Positions 1 to 8,622 of a stretch of DNA of 64,000 nt are shown here, piece by piece. Within the stretch, counting starts at the first letter, position 1. The number at the start of each line of letters is the position of its first letter. The notes beneath the pieces were generated by a model. That model ran no database searches, was not told the origin of the DNA, and was given only the letters and a program-made list of their open reading frames with translations. The position numbers and the translations under genes were made by a program. The stretch is taken from assembly GCA_025058595.1 (NCBI GenBank), contig JANXEK010000002.1:17248-81247 (forward strand), read 5' to 3'. The DNA comes from Candidatus Bathyarchaeota archaeon (lineage in GTDB: Archaea > Thermoproteota > CALKCG01 > B24 > DRYS01).

Positions 1-258
1 ATCCAGTTTAGCTAAGCTACCATCAGGAATCCTGCTATAATCTCCCGGAGGTGATGTATAATGCGCGGCGATATAGTCTACGCATATGTTACACGGGAAA
101 GCCGGCTTACCACCCCTATTCTTTATGGTATTCTCGACTTCTACGCATATGTCGAGTAGCTTCCGTCCAATCTTAACTATCCTATGAGCATCGTTGAGTA
201 TACTAGCGACTATCCTACCGGCTTTAACATAGTATTCGAATACATCTTCGTCTATCAT
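1..258 (-). CDS. map: methionine aminopeptidase type 2, N-terminal 86 codons (gene runs off the window start)
   Basis: My own minus-strand translation from ATG at 258 gives MIDEDVFEYYVKAGRIVASILNDAHRIVKIGRKLLDICVEVENTIKNRGGKPAFPCNICVDYIAAHYTSPPGDYSRIPDGSLAKLD. The PAFPxN..AAHYTP..D pattern is the archaeal/eukaryotic MetAP core. It is absent from the ORF track because it is truncated. Confidence 0.8.
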   Translation of the reverse strand, partial: MIDEDVFEYYVKAGRIVASILNDAHRIVKIGRKLLDICVEVENTIKNRGGKPAFPCNICVDYIAAHYTSPPGDYSRIPDGSLAKLD

Positions 259-276
259 GACCCATCCCGTGAGGTC

Positions 277-1914
277 TTATAGATCCTCTACAGCCATCCT
301 TAGTCTAGACAATATGAGGTCTCTATCCATGAGGGATAGGAATGGGGCTATCCTAGGACCGTAAGGTTTACCGAAAAAGATTAAATAGAGCGATCTGAAT
401 AGAGCCTCCTGGTCTTTTCTACCAAGCTTAGAGGTATAGCTCTTCATAGCTTCCTTTATATGCTCCTCGCTCCATATACAATTGGAAAGAATATCTAACA
501 ATCCTTCGAGCATATATTTCTCTCGATCCTCTAAACCCTCTATCACATCCTCAGGCGGATATTCGAGCATCCTTACCTTAAATTCATCTGGAGCATAGAG
601 ATCAAGCCAATTCTCTGCATGAGAGAGTCTAGCTTCTAGTTTATCCAACTCCCAAGATTCAAGCTCACCGGTAAGGATACCTGTGGATTTCAATCTTCTG
701 ATAGCAGCTTCAACCCTATTATCTTTCGGTAAAACTTGAATAAGGAGTGCAGCGTGAAGATATGGAAGTTGAAACGGTAAACGAGGCGGCGGATTAAACT
801 TTGTAGATAGCAGGTAGCTCTCTTTTATAAGCAGAAGCTCCTCCCTGTTATCTAAGCTCTCTACATCGAAGAATATCCGTTCAGCGCGATCATATAGATC
901 CGTGTATCTATAGATCTGGTCTAGGCTTAGGATGACCCTCTTCATAGGCTCGTTTACTAAGAAGTAGAATCTTAGAACCTCTGGCTCAGCTACTTTAAGC
1001 CACTCCTTAGGGGTGAAACCTATAAAATCGCTACTACCCATATCCCCTAGATCCCTACCTTTAACACTATATCCGACCCATTCGTATGGTATACCGAACG
1101 GTGGTTTAAACTGTAGGATCTCTCTAGCTATCTCTACGCAGGAATCCCTAGAGCCGCCAGGCGTAGCATGATCCTTACCGTAAGGTTCGAACCCTACATC
1201 TAAAGCTTTCCAGATAGCAGGCCATTCAAGCCTCCAGTATAGCTTGCCATCCTCTATAGATGATACACCTTCATAACCGCAGAACCTACATCTATAGGAT
1301 ACTTTGTACGATTCGAGATCGACATAGATCGGTTGAGACGAATCTATACGTTTACAGTTTCCGCACAGAGGCTCAAACGGAATCCATGATTCCGGGAACG
1401 GATTTCTACCTCTAAACCTATTCAACACCTTTACGACGCTACTGCGTTTACTTATGATTTCACGTACGAGTTTCTTCATAGAATCCATCCTATATAGATC
1501 TGTAGTCCTATAGATTTCCACTTTCTCGGAGAATTCTTCTATGTATGGTCCGAAATCCATCCAGTAGTGTTCAACCCAGTTATCGCAGCATCCATACGGA
1601 TCAGGTACATCTATCAGACGCCACCCAGTATAGCGACTAGCATCAACGTCACCGAATGCTCTAAGTTGAGCATCCTTACCCTTCCACGAATCTTGTGTAT
1701 ACAGTACGAGTATATGTCTAGTCTTCCATCCTCTATCCTCTAGTATCCTACGGAGGGCTTCGACGAGTATAATCTCACCTCTAAGCCTACCGATATGCTG
1801 AAGACCTGAAACCGAGAGGCCTCCGTTACAGACTAAGATAGGCTTACGTCCATCGGACCAGTACTCTTCGACTTTATCTGCTATCTTAACAACCCAATGT
1901 TTCGATACAACCAT
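277..1914 (-). CDS. lysS: class I lysyl-tRNA synthetase homologue with divergent HIGH and KMSKS motifs
   Basis: 545 aa, collinear with archaeal class I LysRS: PDPYGCC..EHY, WRLEWPAIW..FEPYGKDH, C-terminal FGKPYGPRIAPFL. HIGH reads HIGR. The KMSxSKG position reads DMGSSDF. Confidence 0.8.
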   Translation of the reverse strand: MVVSKHWVVKIADKVEEYWSDGRKPILVCNGGLSVSGLQHIGRLRGEIILVEALRRILEDRGWKTRHILVLYTQDSWKGKDAQLRAFGDVDASRYTGWRLIDVPDPYGCCDNWVEHYWMDFGPYIEEFSEKVEIYRTTDLYRMDSMKKLVREIISKRSSVVKVLNRFRGRNPFPESWIPFEPLCGNCKRIDSSQPIYVDLESYKVSYRCRFCGYEGVSSIEDGKLYWRLEWPAIWKALDVGFEPYGKDHATPGGSRDSCVEIAREILQFKPPFGIPYEWVGYSVKGRDLGDMGSSDFIGFTPKEWLKVAEPEVLRFYFLVNEPMKRVILSLDQIYRYTDLYDRAERIFFDVESLDNREELLLIKESYLLSTKFNPPPRLPFQLPYLHAALLIQVLPKDNRVEAAIRRLKSTGILTGELESWELDKLEARLSHAENWLDLYAPDEFKVRMLEYPPEDVIEGLEDREKYMLEGLLDILSNCIWSEEHIKEAMKSYTSKLGRKDQEALFRSLYLIFFGKPYGPRIAPFLSLMDRDLILSRLRMAVEDL

Positions 1915-2038
1915 TATTCTGAACTCTAGATTGAATTCAATCTGCGATATAACTATTTAGCGGAATGCTAACCGATATTAGGTCAGATAACCCCGTGTCG
2001 TAAGGATAACTGGATGCCTTATAGAGTACTTTCTAACC

Positions 2039-3448
2039 CTATACATAAAGGCCTAGACCGAGCGTATTGTTTAACCTCCTAGTCTCTATATATCCGTTCC
2101 TAACCTTGAAGATCTCCGGATATCTCTCTTGAACCTCTGGGAAAGCTAGAGGTAAATATTGTCTAGCGTTATACTCGAATCCTTTGATAGGGTTAATCCT
2201 AGCTGCGAATCCAGCGGAATGCACTAACGCTAGACCTGGGCATGTTAGATCTTGTACACTGTAAGGTACACCTAACTCTTCGGATTTGGCTACCATGAGG
2301 AGTGCTGAGCTATGACATTTACATGTCTTCAGAGCTACACCGCTCCAACCTAAGCTTAAAGCTAGATCGAAACTTTCCAAGTTAGTAGCACCCTCGTCTA
2401 CGAGTACAGGTTTAACCTGCGATACAGGTTTCATATCGAATCTATGACTAGCTATATCCCTACTAACAGGCTGCTCTACGTAGAGTATCCTATCGAAAAT
2501 ATTCGGAGCTTCGGATTTAACCCTCCTCAGATACTCTAAGACGTTACCTGGAGATCTATGCATCTCGTTCGAATCCACGGATAGATAGTATTCATCAACC
2601 CCTCTAGCCCTGAGGGCTTCAGATGCCACCTCGGCTACAGCTATGGTCCTCCTTACATCCCAATCTATATCCGTACCTGTGAGCTTAACTTTAAAACAGA
2701 ATACTCCATCTCTCTCTATCCACTCTTCTAAGCTTACAGGGAAGCCATCCTTAGGATCATCGAATCCGGCTTCATCCCTAGTGAGCTTATCCAACCCGCC
2801 GACTAGGTGAAAAACAGGAATCTTATCTTCGTACCTAGGCTTAACGTAATCCGATAGCCATTTACCCTTAAATCTTGATCCTAGATAGAAGCTTAGATCC
2901 CTCTCCATAAACCTAGGACTGTATCCATCGTAGCTACATATACCGTTAACCTTCCCAAATCCGTCGTGGATAGCAGCATCTATGGGTGAAACGGCTACAA
3001 GAGCCGCAAGGATAGGGAGCTGAACTTTAAGATTCAGATCCCTAGATACAGAGTCGGTTATCCTAGCAATATCTTTTTCGAGTTGTATAAACCAGTCTAT
3101 CGGATGTCTATACACGCCACTTCTGCTTTCATCCTCTATAAGCTTAGCATAACGTTCGGCGACGATTTTCATAGCTTCAAGCTTATCCTCATATTCAACC
3201 CTAGGATTTGGAAAGGCCCATTCACAGACTAGAGGCATAGAGCCTAGACCTACCGCTTCACGGCCGCTCCTATTCCTAGCTAGAGCTTTAACTATAAGCG
3301 AGATAGATTCCTCTACCACTACGGAGCCAAACTTTAGGGGTATACGAAGCCTATATGATTTATAGCTTAGCTCAAACTTATCGATACGTACATCTGAATC
3401 CATCATATAACGGTAGACTGATGAGTTATCGATATAAAAGTTGAGCAC
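2039..3448 (-). CDS. enolase-superfamily (mandelate racemase / muconate lactonizing type) enzyme
   Basis: 469 aa with an ordered KxK (FKVKL), metal ligands SVDSNE / YVEQP / VLVDEG and ALKTCK, typical of the MR/MLE barrel. Substrate unknown. Confidence 0.55.
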   Translation of the reverse strand: MLNFYIDNSSVYRYMMDSDVRIDKFELSYKSYRLRIPLKFGSVVVEESISLIVKALARNRSGREAVGLGSMPLVCEWAFPNPRVEYEDKLEAMKIVAERYAKLIEDESRSGVYRHPIDWFIQLEKDIARITDSVSRDLNLKVQLPILAALVAVSPIDAAIHDGFGKVNGICSYDGYSPRFMERDLSFYLGSRFKGKWLSDYVKPRYEDKIPVFHLVGGLDKLTRDEAGFDDPKDGFPVSLEEWIERDGVFCFKVKLTGTDIDWDVRRTIAVAEVASEALRARGVDEYYLSVDSNEMHRSPGNVLEYLRRVKSEAPNIFDRILYVEQPVSRDIASHRFDMKPVSQVKPVLVDEGATNLESFDLALSLGWSGVALKTCKCHSSALLMVAKSEELGVPYSVQDLTCPGLALVHSAGFAARINPIKGFEYNARQYLPLAFPEVQERYPEIFKVRNGYIETRRLNNTLGLGLYV

Positions 3449-3453
3449 CCAGA

Positions 3454-4626
3454 TTATCTGTGATATATACCATATCTTTTCGCTTCCTTTATCATAGCTA
3501 GAAAATTCGCAGGTTTCACGAAGCTATGTACACTATTACTCGAACCGACTATCAGCCCTCCCCCATGAGCTGCTACATCTATAAGTCTCCTAACCTCTCT
3601 TCTAACATCATCCTCGAACCCGTAGACTAGCGTATACGCACAATCTATGTTCCCAAAGAAGCAGATCCTATCCCCATAGGCTTCCTTAAGCTTAGCTATA
3701 TCCATACCTGCTCTAGGTTCTATAGCTAGATAGCCATCTATACCCGTCCCTACTATGAAATCATCTATGATCGGATTTATGTTGCCATCGGTATGCTTCA
3801 GGAATGGTACACCCCTCCTATGGCATGCATCGACGTGAGCTTTTATAGAAGGCATTATAAACTCCCTAAAGTGTTTAGGGTTCATGTAGGGTCCATGTCT
3901 GTATGCTATATCTGCCCCACCGCTTATAGCTTCGACGCCGCTATCGACCATAGCATCTATATAGGCTATGGCTCTTCTTGTCGTATAGTTTATCAGCTTC
4001 TTGACAGAATACGGATCGGTATATAAGGCTTTAAGAAATATGTGAAGCCATGAACCGCCGACCGGGAAGGATCCATCGATATCGCCCATAACGAGCATCC
4101 TACCCCCCACTGTTTTAACCGTATATTCTACAAGCTCAAGCTCCTCGGCCTCCACTTCTATAGGTTCCTCGCATAGCTTATCTACATAGTCTTCGAAAGC
4201 GTGAAGTCCACCCTTAGCTATACTGGAGTCGATCTGAGAGATAGAATCATACTCAGGGTCAAACCTGTATCGGAACCAATGCCCTTCAGGATCTTCTACA
4301 ATCCATTCGTACGGAGCTATAGGCTTAGGCTTAACAGGATTCCTACCCCACACAGGTCTAACCGTTATAATGTCGAGATCTAGCTTCGAGTATAGTTCGA
4401 CTCTATCTATCTTCATCCTACCGACAAGCTCATTCCTACGTCCTTCGTATATCATACGGTAGCATAGATCCATAAACCTACCTCCATAACCTACCATAAG
4501 CTCCCTACCTATCAGAGCTGAAGCTACAGGAGAATTAATATCATACTCCGATACAGCGACCCTATCAGCTTCCTCAAGGTATATCATGTTTAGAGCTCTA
4601 TCCCTAGGATTCAACCTCCCGTACAC
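3454..4626 (-). CDS. uroporphyrinogen decarboxylase (URO-D) superfamily protein, MtaA/CmuA-like
   Basis: 390 aa. The C-terminal half (FLKHTDGNINPIIDDFI..GIDGYLAIEP..GMDIAKLKEAYGDRICFFGNID) matches the URO-D/methyltransferase barrel. Confidence 0.6.
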   Translation of the reverse strand: MYGRLNPRDRALNMIYLEEADRVAVSEYDINSPVASALIGRELMVGYGGRFMDLCYRMIYEGRRNELVGRMKIDRVELYSKLDLDIITVRPVWGRNPVKPKPIAPYEWIVEDPEGHWFRYRFDPEYDSISQIDSSIAKGGLHAFEDYVDKLCEEPIEVEAEELELVEYTVKTVGGRMLVMGDIDGSFPVGGSWLHIFLKALYTDPYSVKKLINYTTRRAIAYIDAMVDSGVEAISGGADIAYRHGPYMNPKHFREFIMPSIKAHVDACHRRGVPFLKHTDGNINPIIDDFIVGTGIDGYLAIEPRAGMDIAKLKEAYGDRICFFGNIDCAYTLVYGFEDDVRREVRRLIDVAAHGGGLIVGSSNSVHSFVKPANFLAMIKEAKRYGIYHR

Positions 4627-4701
4627 CTACATCCTGCTAAGTTATTCAGACTATCAGATAATAAAAGTAGTTACGAGGTACCCCGACTTCAGAGGAACCT
4701 T

Positions 4702-5940
4702 CTAAAAGAGTATCAAGTATATCGATATCGATGCTAACACTAATCCTCCAGTTATCTGCATAGCTTTAGCTTTACCCGGTGTTCTTAGAGCGTTCAACCT
4801 CTCATGATACCTACTCGAGAGTATAGCTAGGAGGAGTATGAGTAGCAGAGGGGATATGAATACGGCGTCGTAAAGTAGTAGCAGGGTATACCTGTATAGA
4901 GGTTCTCTAATGTTTGAGAGTAAAGCTATTCCTACGAAGTATGGTCCACCGCTACATGGTAGAAGGGTGAGACTAACTATAAACCCTAACGTGAAGGATA
5001 CTAGAGGGCTGACGTAGGCTAACCCAGCGAGTCCGTATACGAACCTTCTGATAGCTTCTGGAGTCCCAGGTTTAAACTCTCTACCGAAGCCTCTAGCTAG
5101 GTTCACCAAACCTGCTGTTAAACCTGCTAAGCCTACGATATACTTCAAGTATGGTGTGATGGACATTATGAACGATAAACCTAATCCTAGAAGATAGTAG
5201 CCTATGAATACGGCTATTATGAACGATAAGCCTACGGTTAAACCTCTACCTCTACCGATAGATCCTACTGCTAACAGTAGTATAGCTGTGAATAGGAGGA
5301 ATGTACATGGGTTTATAGAATCTACAGCTGCTAACGATATTATAGATGGCAGTATCCATGGAGGTAGCCCCGATCGTTCAACATCCTCATCGAGTAAAAG
5401 CTCTTCTAGCTCAGCTATAATATCAGGATCCTTAACGCTATAATCCCCGTAGTATGTGTATACTGGGATGAGGGTTCCATTATCCTCGACCGATAATAGT
5501 CTGAAGATATCGTTCTCATTTATCGGAGCTATACCTATCGCTACGAGACGCCAACCTTTAAATACCACCACCATAGGCGTAGCGAAAGAAAGAACAAGCT
5601 CCTCCCATGTAACCCCCTCCTTCAAGAGGCATATCAGGCAAGTTTCATCAGGTATGTCTGGTACACCTGAAACCCTTAACAGATTTACTGCTTTCAGAAA
5701 CTTCTCGACGTTAGAAGTAGAGTTTAGAGTATGAAACGTATGATTTATTCTCTTAGAGGAGAGTATTTCGAGAAGTCTATTTGTAGTTACAGAATCTGGA
5801 AACCCGTATATGACTATATGAAGCTCGACGCTTCTAAAAACCTGGATCGTAAGCAAAATAATGAATAAAGCATGTAACAAAGCCCTACGTAAGTAAGGCA
5901 ATGAAACGCACCTACCTAGATATAGGGCTAGAACAAGCAT
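4702..5940 (-). CDS. membrane thiol:disulfide electron transporter: N-terminal thioredoxin-like CxxC domain fused to a CcdA/DsbD-type transmembrane domain
   Basis: 412 aa with a signal/TM segment, then CLIC (CxxC). The polytopic C-terminal half has the two CcdA hallmark motifs NPCTF and LPCSGGPY. Confidence 0.55.
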   Translation of the reverse strand: MLVLALYLGRCVSLPYLRRALLHALFIILLTIQVFRSVELHIVIYGFPDSVTTNRLLEILSSKRINHTFHTLNSTSNVEKFLKAVNLLRVSGVPDIPDETCLICLLKEGVTWEELVLSFATPMVVVFKGWRLVAIGIAPINENDIFRLLSVEDNGTLIPVYTYYGDYSVKDPDIIAELEELLLDEDVERSGLPPWILPSIISLAAVDSINPCTFLLFTAILLLAVGSIGRGRGLTVGLSFIIAVFIGYYLLGLGLSFIMSITPYLKYIVGLAGLTAGLVNLARGFGREFKPGTPEAIRRFVYGLAGLAYVSPLVSFTLGFIVSLTLLPCSGGPYFVGIALLSNIREPLYRYTLLLLYDAVFISPLLLILLLAILSSRYHERLNALRTPGKAKAMQITGGLVLASISIYLILF

Positions 5941-5995
5941 CTAAATAAAGATTTATAGGGTGTGGACAGGCGATCTAGGATTTCGGTGATCGTAT

Positions 5996-6862
5996 ATGAG
6001 GTTTAAGTATGCCGTATTTACCGTGATGACCCCTGAATATAGAGTAGAAGACGTGCCTAGCATCCTAAGCATGTACGGATATGATGGGGTTGAGTGGAGG
6101 GTGGCACCTGCTCCTCAAATTCAACCTGTCAAACCTTCATATTGGCAGGGAAATCTAGCCACCATAGACGAGTCTAGGCTGCTAGAGGAGGCGCCTAGGA
6201 TAAAGAGGTTAACTGAAGAGTATAATCTCTCCATACCCGCTCTTGGAACATATTTCAGAGTCCCAGGAGAGGATCTAAATAGAGTTAGGAGGGGAATCGA
6301 AGCGGCGAGGATTATGGATGCGAAGCAGATAAGAGTATCTGCACCCAGATATGATGGAAGCATAAACTATAGAGTATTGCTCGAGAAAGCTGTTAGCGAG
6401 TATCGCGTTATAGAGAGAATAGCTAGAGAGTATGGTGTTAGATGCTGTGTGGAGATACATATGGGCACTATATGTCCAAGCCCGAGCGCTACGTATAGAT
6501 TCGTTTCGAACTTCAACCCTGAATATGTAGGAGTGATATTGGATCCAGGCAATATGGTTCATGAAGGTTATGAAAACTGGCTTATGAGTTTAGAGATATT
6601 AGGAGAATATCTAGCGCATGTACATGTGAAGAATGCTGTATGGAGGCTTATTAGAGAGGATGATGGAACTAAAATATGGACTCCAACACATGCACCTGTG
6701 ATGGAGGGATACGTATACTGGCTGGAGGTTATGAAAGCGTTAGTTAGGGTTGGATATGAGGGATGGCTATCGTTCGAAGATTTCTCAGATATACCTACCG
6801 ATGAGAAGTTGAAGAGGAATATAGAGTATATGAAGATGTTGGAAGCTAAAATCGGATCCTAA
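5996..6862 (+). CDS. sugar phosphate isomerase/epimerase (xylose-isomerase-like TIM barrel)
   Basis: 288 aa. CVEIH..., ILDPGN, HVHVKN and SFED metal-ligand spacing is typical of the AP-endonuclease-2/xylose-isomerase-like fold. Confidence 0.65.
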   Translation: MRFKYAVFTVMTPEYRVEDVPSILSMYGYDGVEWRVAPAPQIQPVKPSYWQGNLATIDESRLLEEAPRIKRLTEEYNLSIPALGTYFRVPGEDLNRVRRGIEAARIMDAKQIRVSAPRYDGSINYRVLLEKAVSEYRVIERIAREYGVRCCVEIHMGTICPSPSATYRFVSNFNPEYVGVILDPGNMVHEGYENWLMSLEILGEYLAHVHVKNAVWRLIREDDGTKIWTPTHAPVMEGYVYWLEVMKALVRVGYEGWLSFEDFSDIPTDEKLKRNIEYMKMLEAKIGS

Positions 6863-6873
6863 CCGATAGCTAT

Positions 6874-7995
6874 CTACGGTATCCTATGGAATGTATCTAT
6901 CCAAGCCCTTTTAAGTCTAATGGCGTCATCAAAGCTCTCTACATCTATCGAGAATATAATTCCCGTAGGGTTGTCACCTAATGCTTCAGCGAATCTAGCT
7001 ACGAAACTGTGTACATCAACTCCAGATGGCATCCTATCCTTCCATACGAGGCATATACGCTTCTCGAAGGTTATTCTCCGGATATCCTCGAATCTATAGA
7101 GTTCAGGATTACCTAGATGGATAGCTTTCACTCCAGGTGTATCTACGACTATACCCAGTATGTGGGATACCTTTCCGCATGAATGCCATAGACCACCGTC
7201 GAACGGAGAGAAGCATTGTATGTTGTAACCCCTACAGAATTCTATGTAATGACGCGGCGAAAGTAGGGCGGCTGAATCTTCACATAACCTTACGCCGCCT
7301 TTACACATCCATAAGCCTGACGGGCCGTCGGTTTTATCCCATCCATGAGCTCCAGATACGAGGGGCTCGCCTATAAGCTTCTTCTGGATAGTGGTGAATT
7401 CTATGTAGGCTTCGGTAACCTTCGATAATATCTCTTTAACTTCATCTGGCTGGAGGTATAGCGCTTGAAATATCTTCTCACCGACTATCTGATGGGCTAG
7501 GTTGAATGGGCCTTGAGTATCTGCTAGATAGACTCTTACCCCTGTATCTTCAAGCTTCTCTATGAAGAAGCGTTCCACTTCTAAAGTTTTCGCAGGTAAC
7601 CCTTTACCGAAGTCGGGGTCGCCTAAGAGTGAAGCATCTAGCTTACCATCTACGAATAAACGCTTGGCTTTAGCCCATGGCGTGTTATCCTCCATTATCA
7701 TAACTTCGCATCCGAATGCGTTAGGTATTATGCATACGCCGTAATCTGCTCTAACAGCTGGGACTGCGTCATCCCTAACCATTAGATGGGGGATGACGTT
7801 TGTTTCTATTTGCGTTACGAGCATCTTACCTAGATCTTCGAATACCTCTCTATAGCTATAGTTATGCTTTAGGTTAGGGAAGTTTATAGTGAGAGGTGGT
7901 TGATCTACCGATCTGAAGAGCCATGCATCGCTTTGACGCTTCATACCTTTACTTATCGTCTCCATATCTATAAGCCGTTTTACTTCAGCCACCAC
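6874..7995 (-). CDS. URO-D superfamily protein (divergent)
   Basis: 373 aa. QGPFNLAHQIVG, LQPDEVKEIL, CEDSAALLSPRHYIEF and WHSCGK follow URO-D/MtaA family order. Confidence 0.45.
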   Translation of the reverse strand: MVAEVKRLIDMETISKGMKRQSDAWLFRSVDQPPLTINFPNLKHNYSYREVFEDLGKMLVTQIETNVIPHLMVRDDAVPAVRADYGVCIIPNAFGCEVMIMEDNTPWAKAKRLFVDGKLDASLLGDPDFGKGLPAKTLEVERFFIEKLEDTGVRVYLADTQGPFNLAHQIVGEKIFQALYLQPDEVKEILSKVTEAYIEFTTIQKKLIGEPLVSGAHGWDKTDGPSGLWMCKGGVRLCEDSAALLSPRHYIEFCRGYNIQCFSPFDGGLWHSCGKVSHILGIVVDTPGVKAIHLGNPELYRFEDIRRITFEKRICLVWKDRMPSGVDVHSFVARFAEALGDNPTGIIFSIDVESFDDAIRLKRAWIDTFHRIP

Positions 7996-8085
7996 CGAGT
8001 TAACTCGTCGGATACAGCTGTATAGATCATAACTCGATAGGAGAATGCAAGGGCTACAAGATTTAAATCTATAAACCTGGATACT

Positions 8086-8622
8086 GTGTATGCAGGTGGA
8101 AGCGGCATGTCCTGTAGGGTTAAGAGAGTTGCTATCCTAGCTGGACCTGAATATGAGGATTTAGAGTTGCACTATCCGTTGCTAAGGCTTAGGGAAGCTG
8201 GATTCGATGTGAAGGTTCTAGCTCTTACGAAGGAATCCGTTAAAGGTAAGCATGGGCTAACCGTAAACCCTGATCTAACGTTCGCTGAGGCTAAACCCAA
8301 TGAGTTTGATTGCGTGATTATACCTGGAGGTTGGGCGCCCGATAGGCTTAGAAGATACAGGGAAGTACTCGAGTTTGTTAGGGGTGTAGCTTCTAGGGGT
8401 ATCGTGGCCGCTATATGCCACGGACCACAGGTATTGATATCGGCAGGTCTTCTCAAAGGTAGACGTGTAACATGCGTATCAGCTATCAAGGATGATGTCG
8501 TAAACGCTGGAGCCGAGTATGTAGATGAACCTGTAGTCGTAGATGGGAATATGATAACTTCCAGAATACCTGCTGATCTACCATACTTCTGTCGAGAGAT
8601 TGTAAAGGCGTTAGGAGGCTAG
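8086..8622 (+). CDS. pfpI: DJ-1/PfpI family intracellular protease/deglycase
   Basis: AICHGPQVLISAGLL nucleophile elbow and VVVDGNMITSRIPADL. Collinear with Pyrococcus PfpI. The likely true start is ATG at 8107 (MSCRVKRVAIL). Confidence 0.9.
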   Translation: MYAGGSGMSCRVKRVAILAGPEYEDLELHYPLLRLREAGFDVKVLALTKESVKGKHGLTVNPDLTFAEAKPNEFDCVIIPGGWAPDRLRRYREVLEFVRGVASRGIVAAICHGPQVLISAGLLKGRRVTCVSAIKDDVVNAGAEYVDEPVVVDGNMITSRIPADLPYFCREIVKALGG

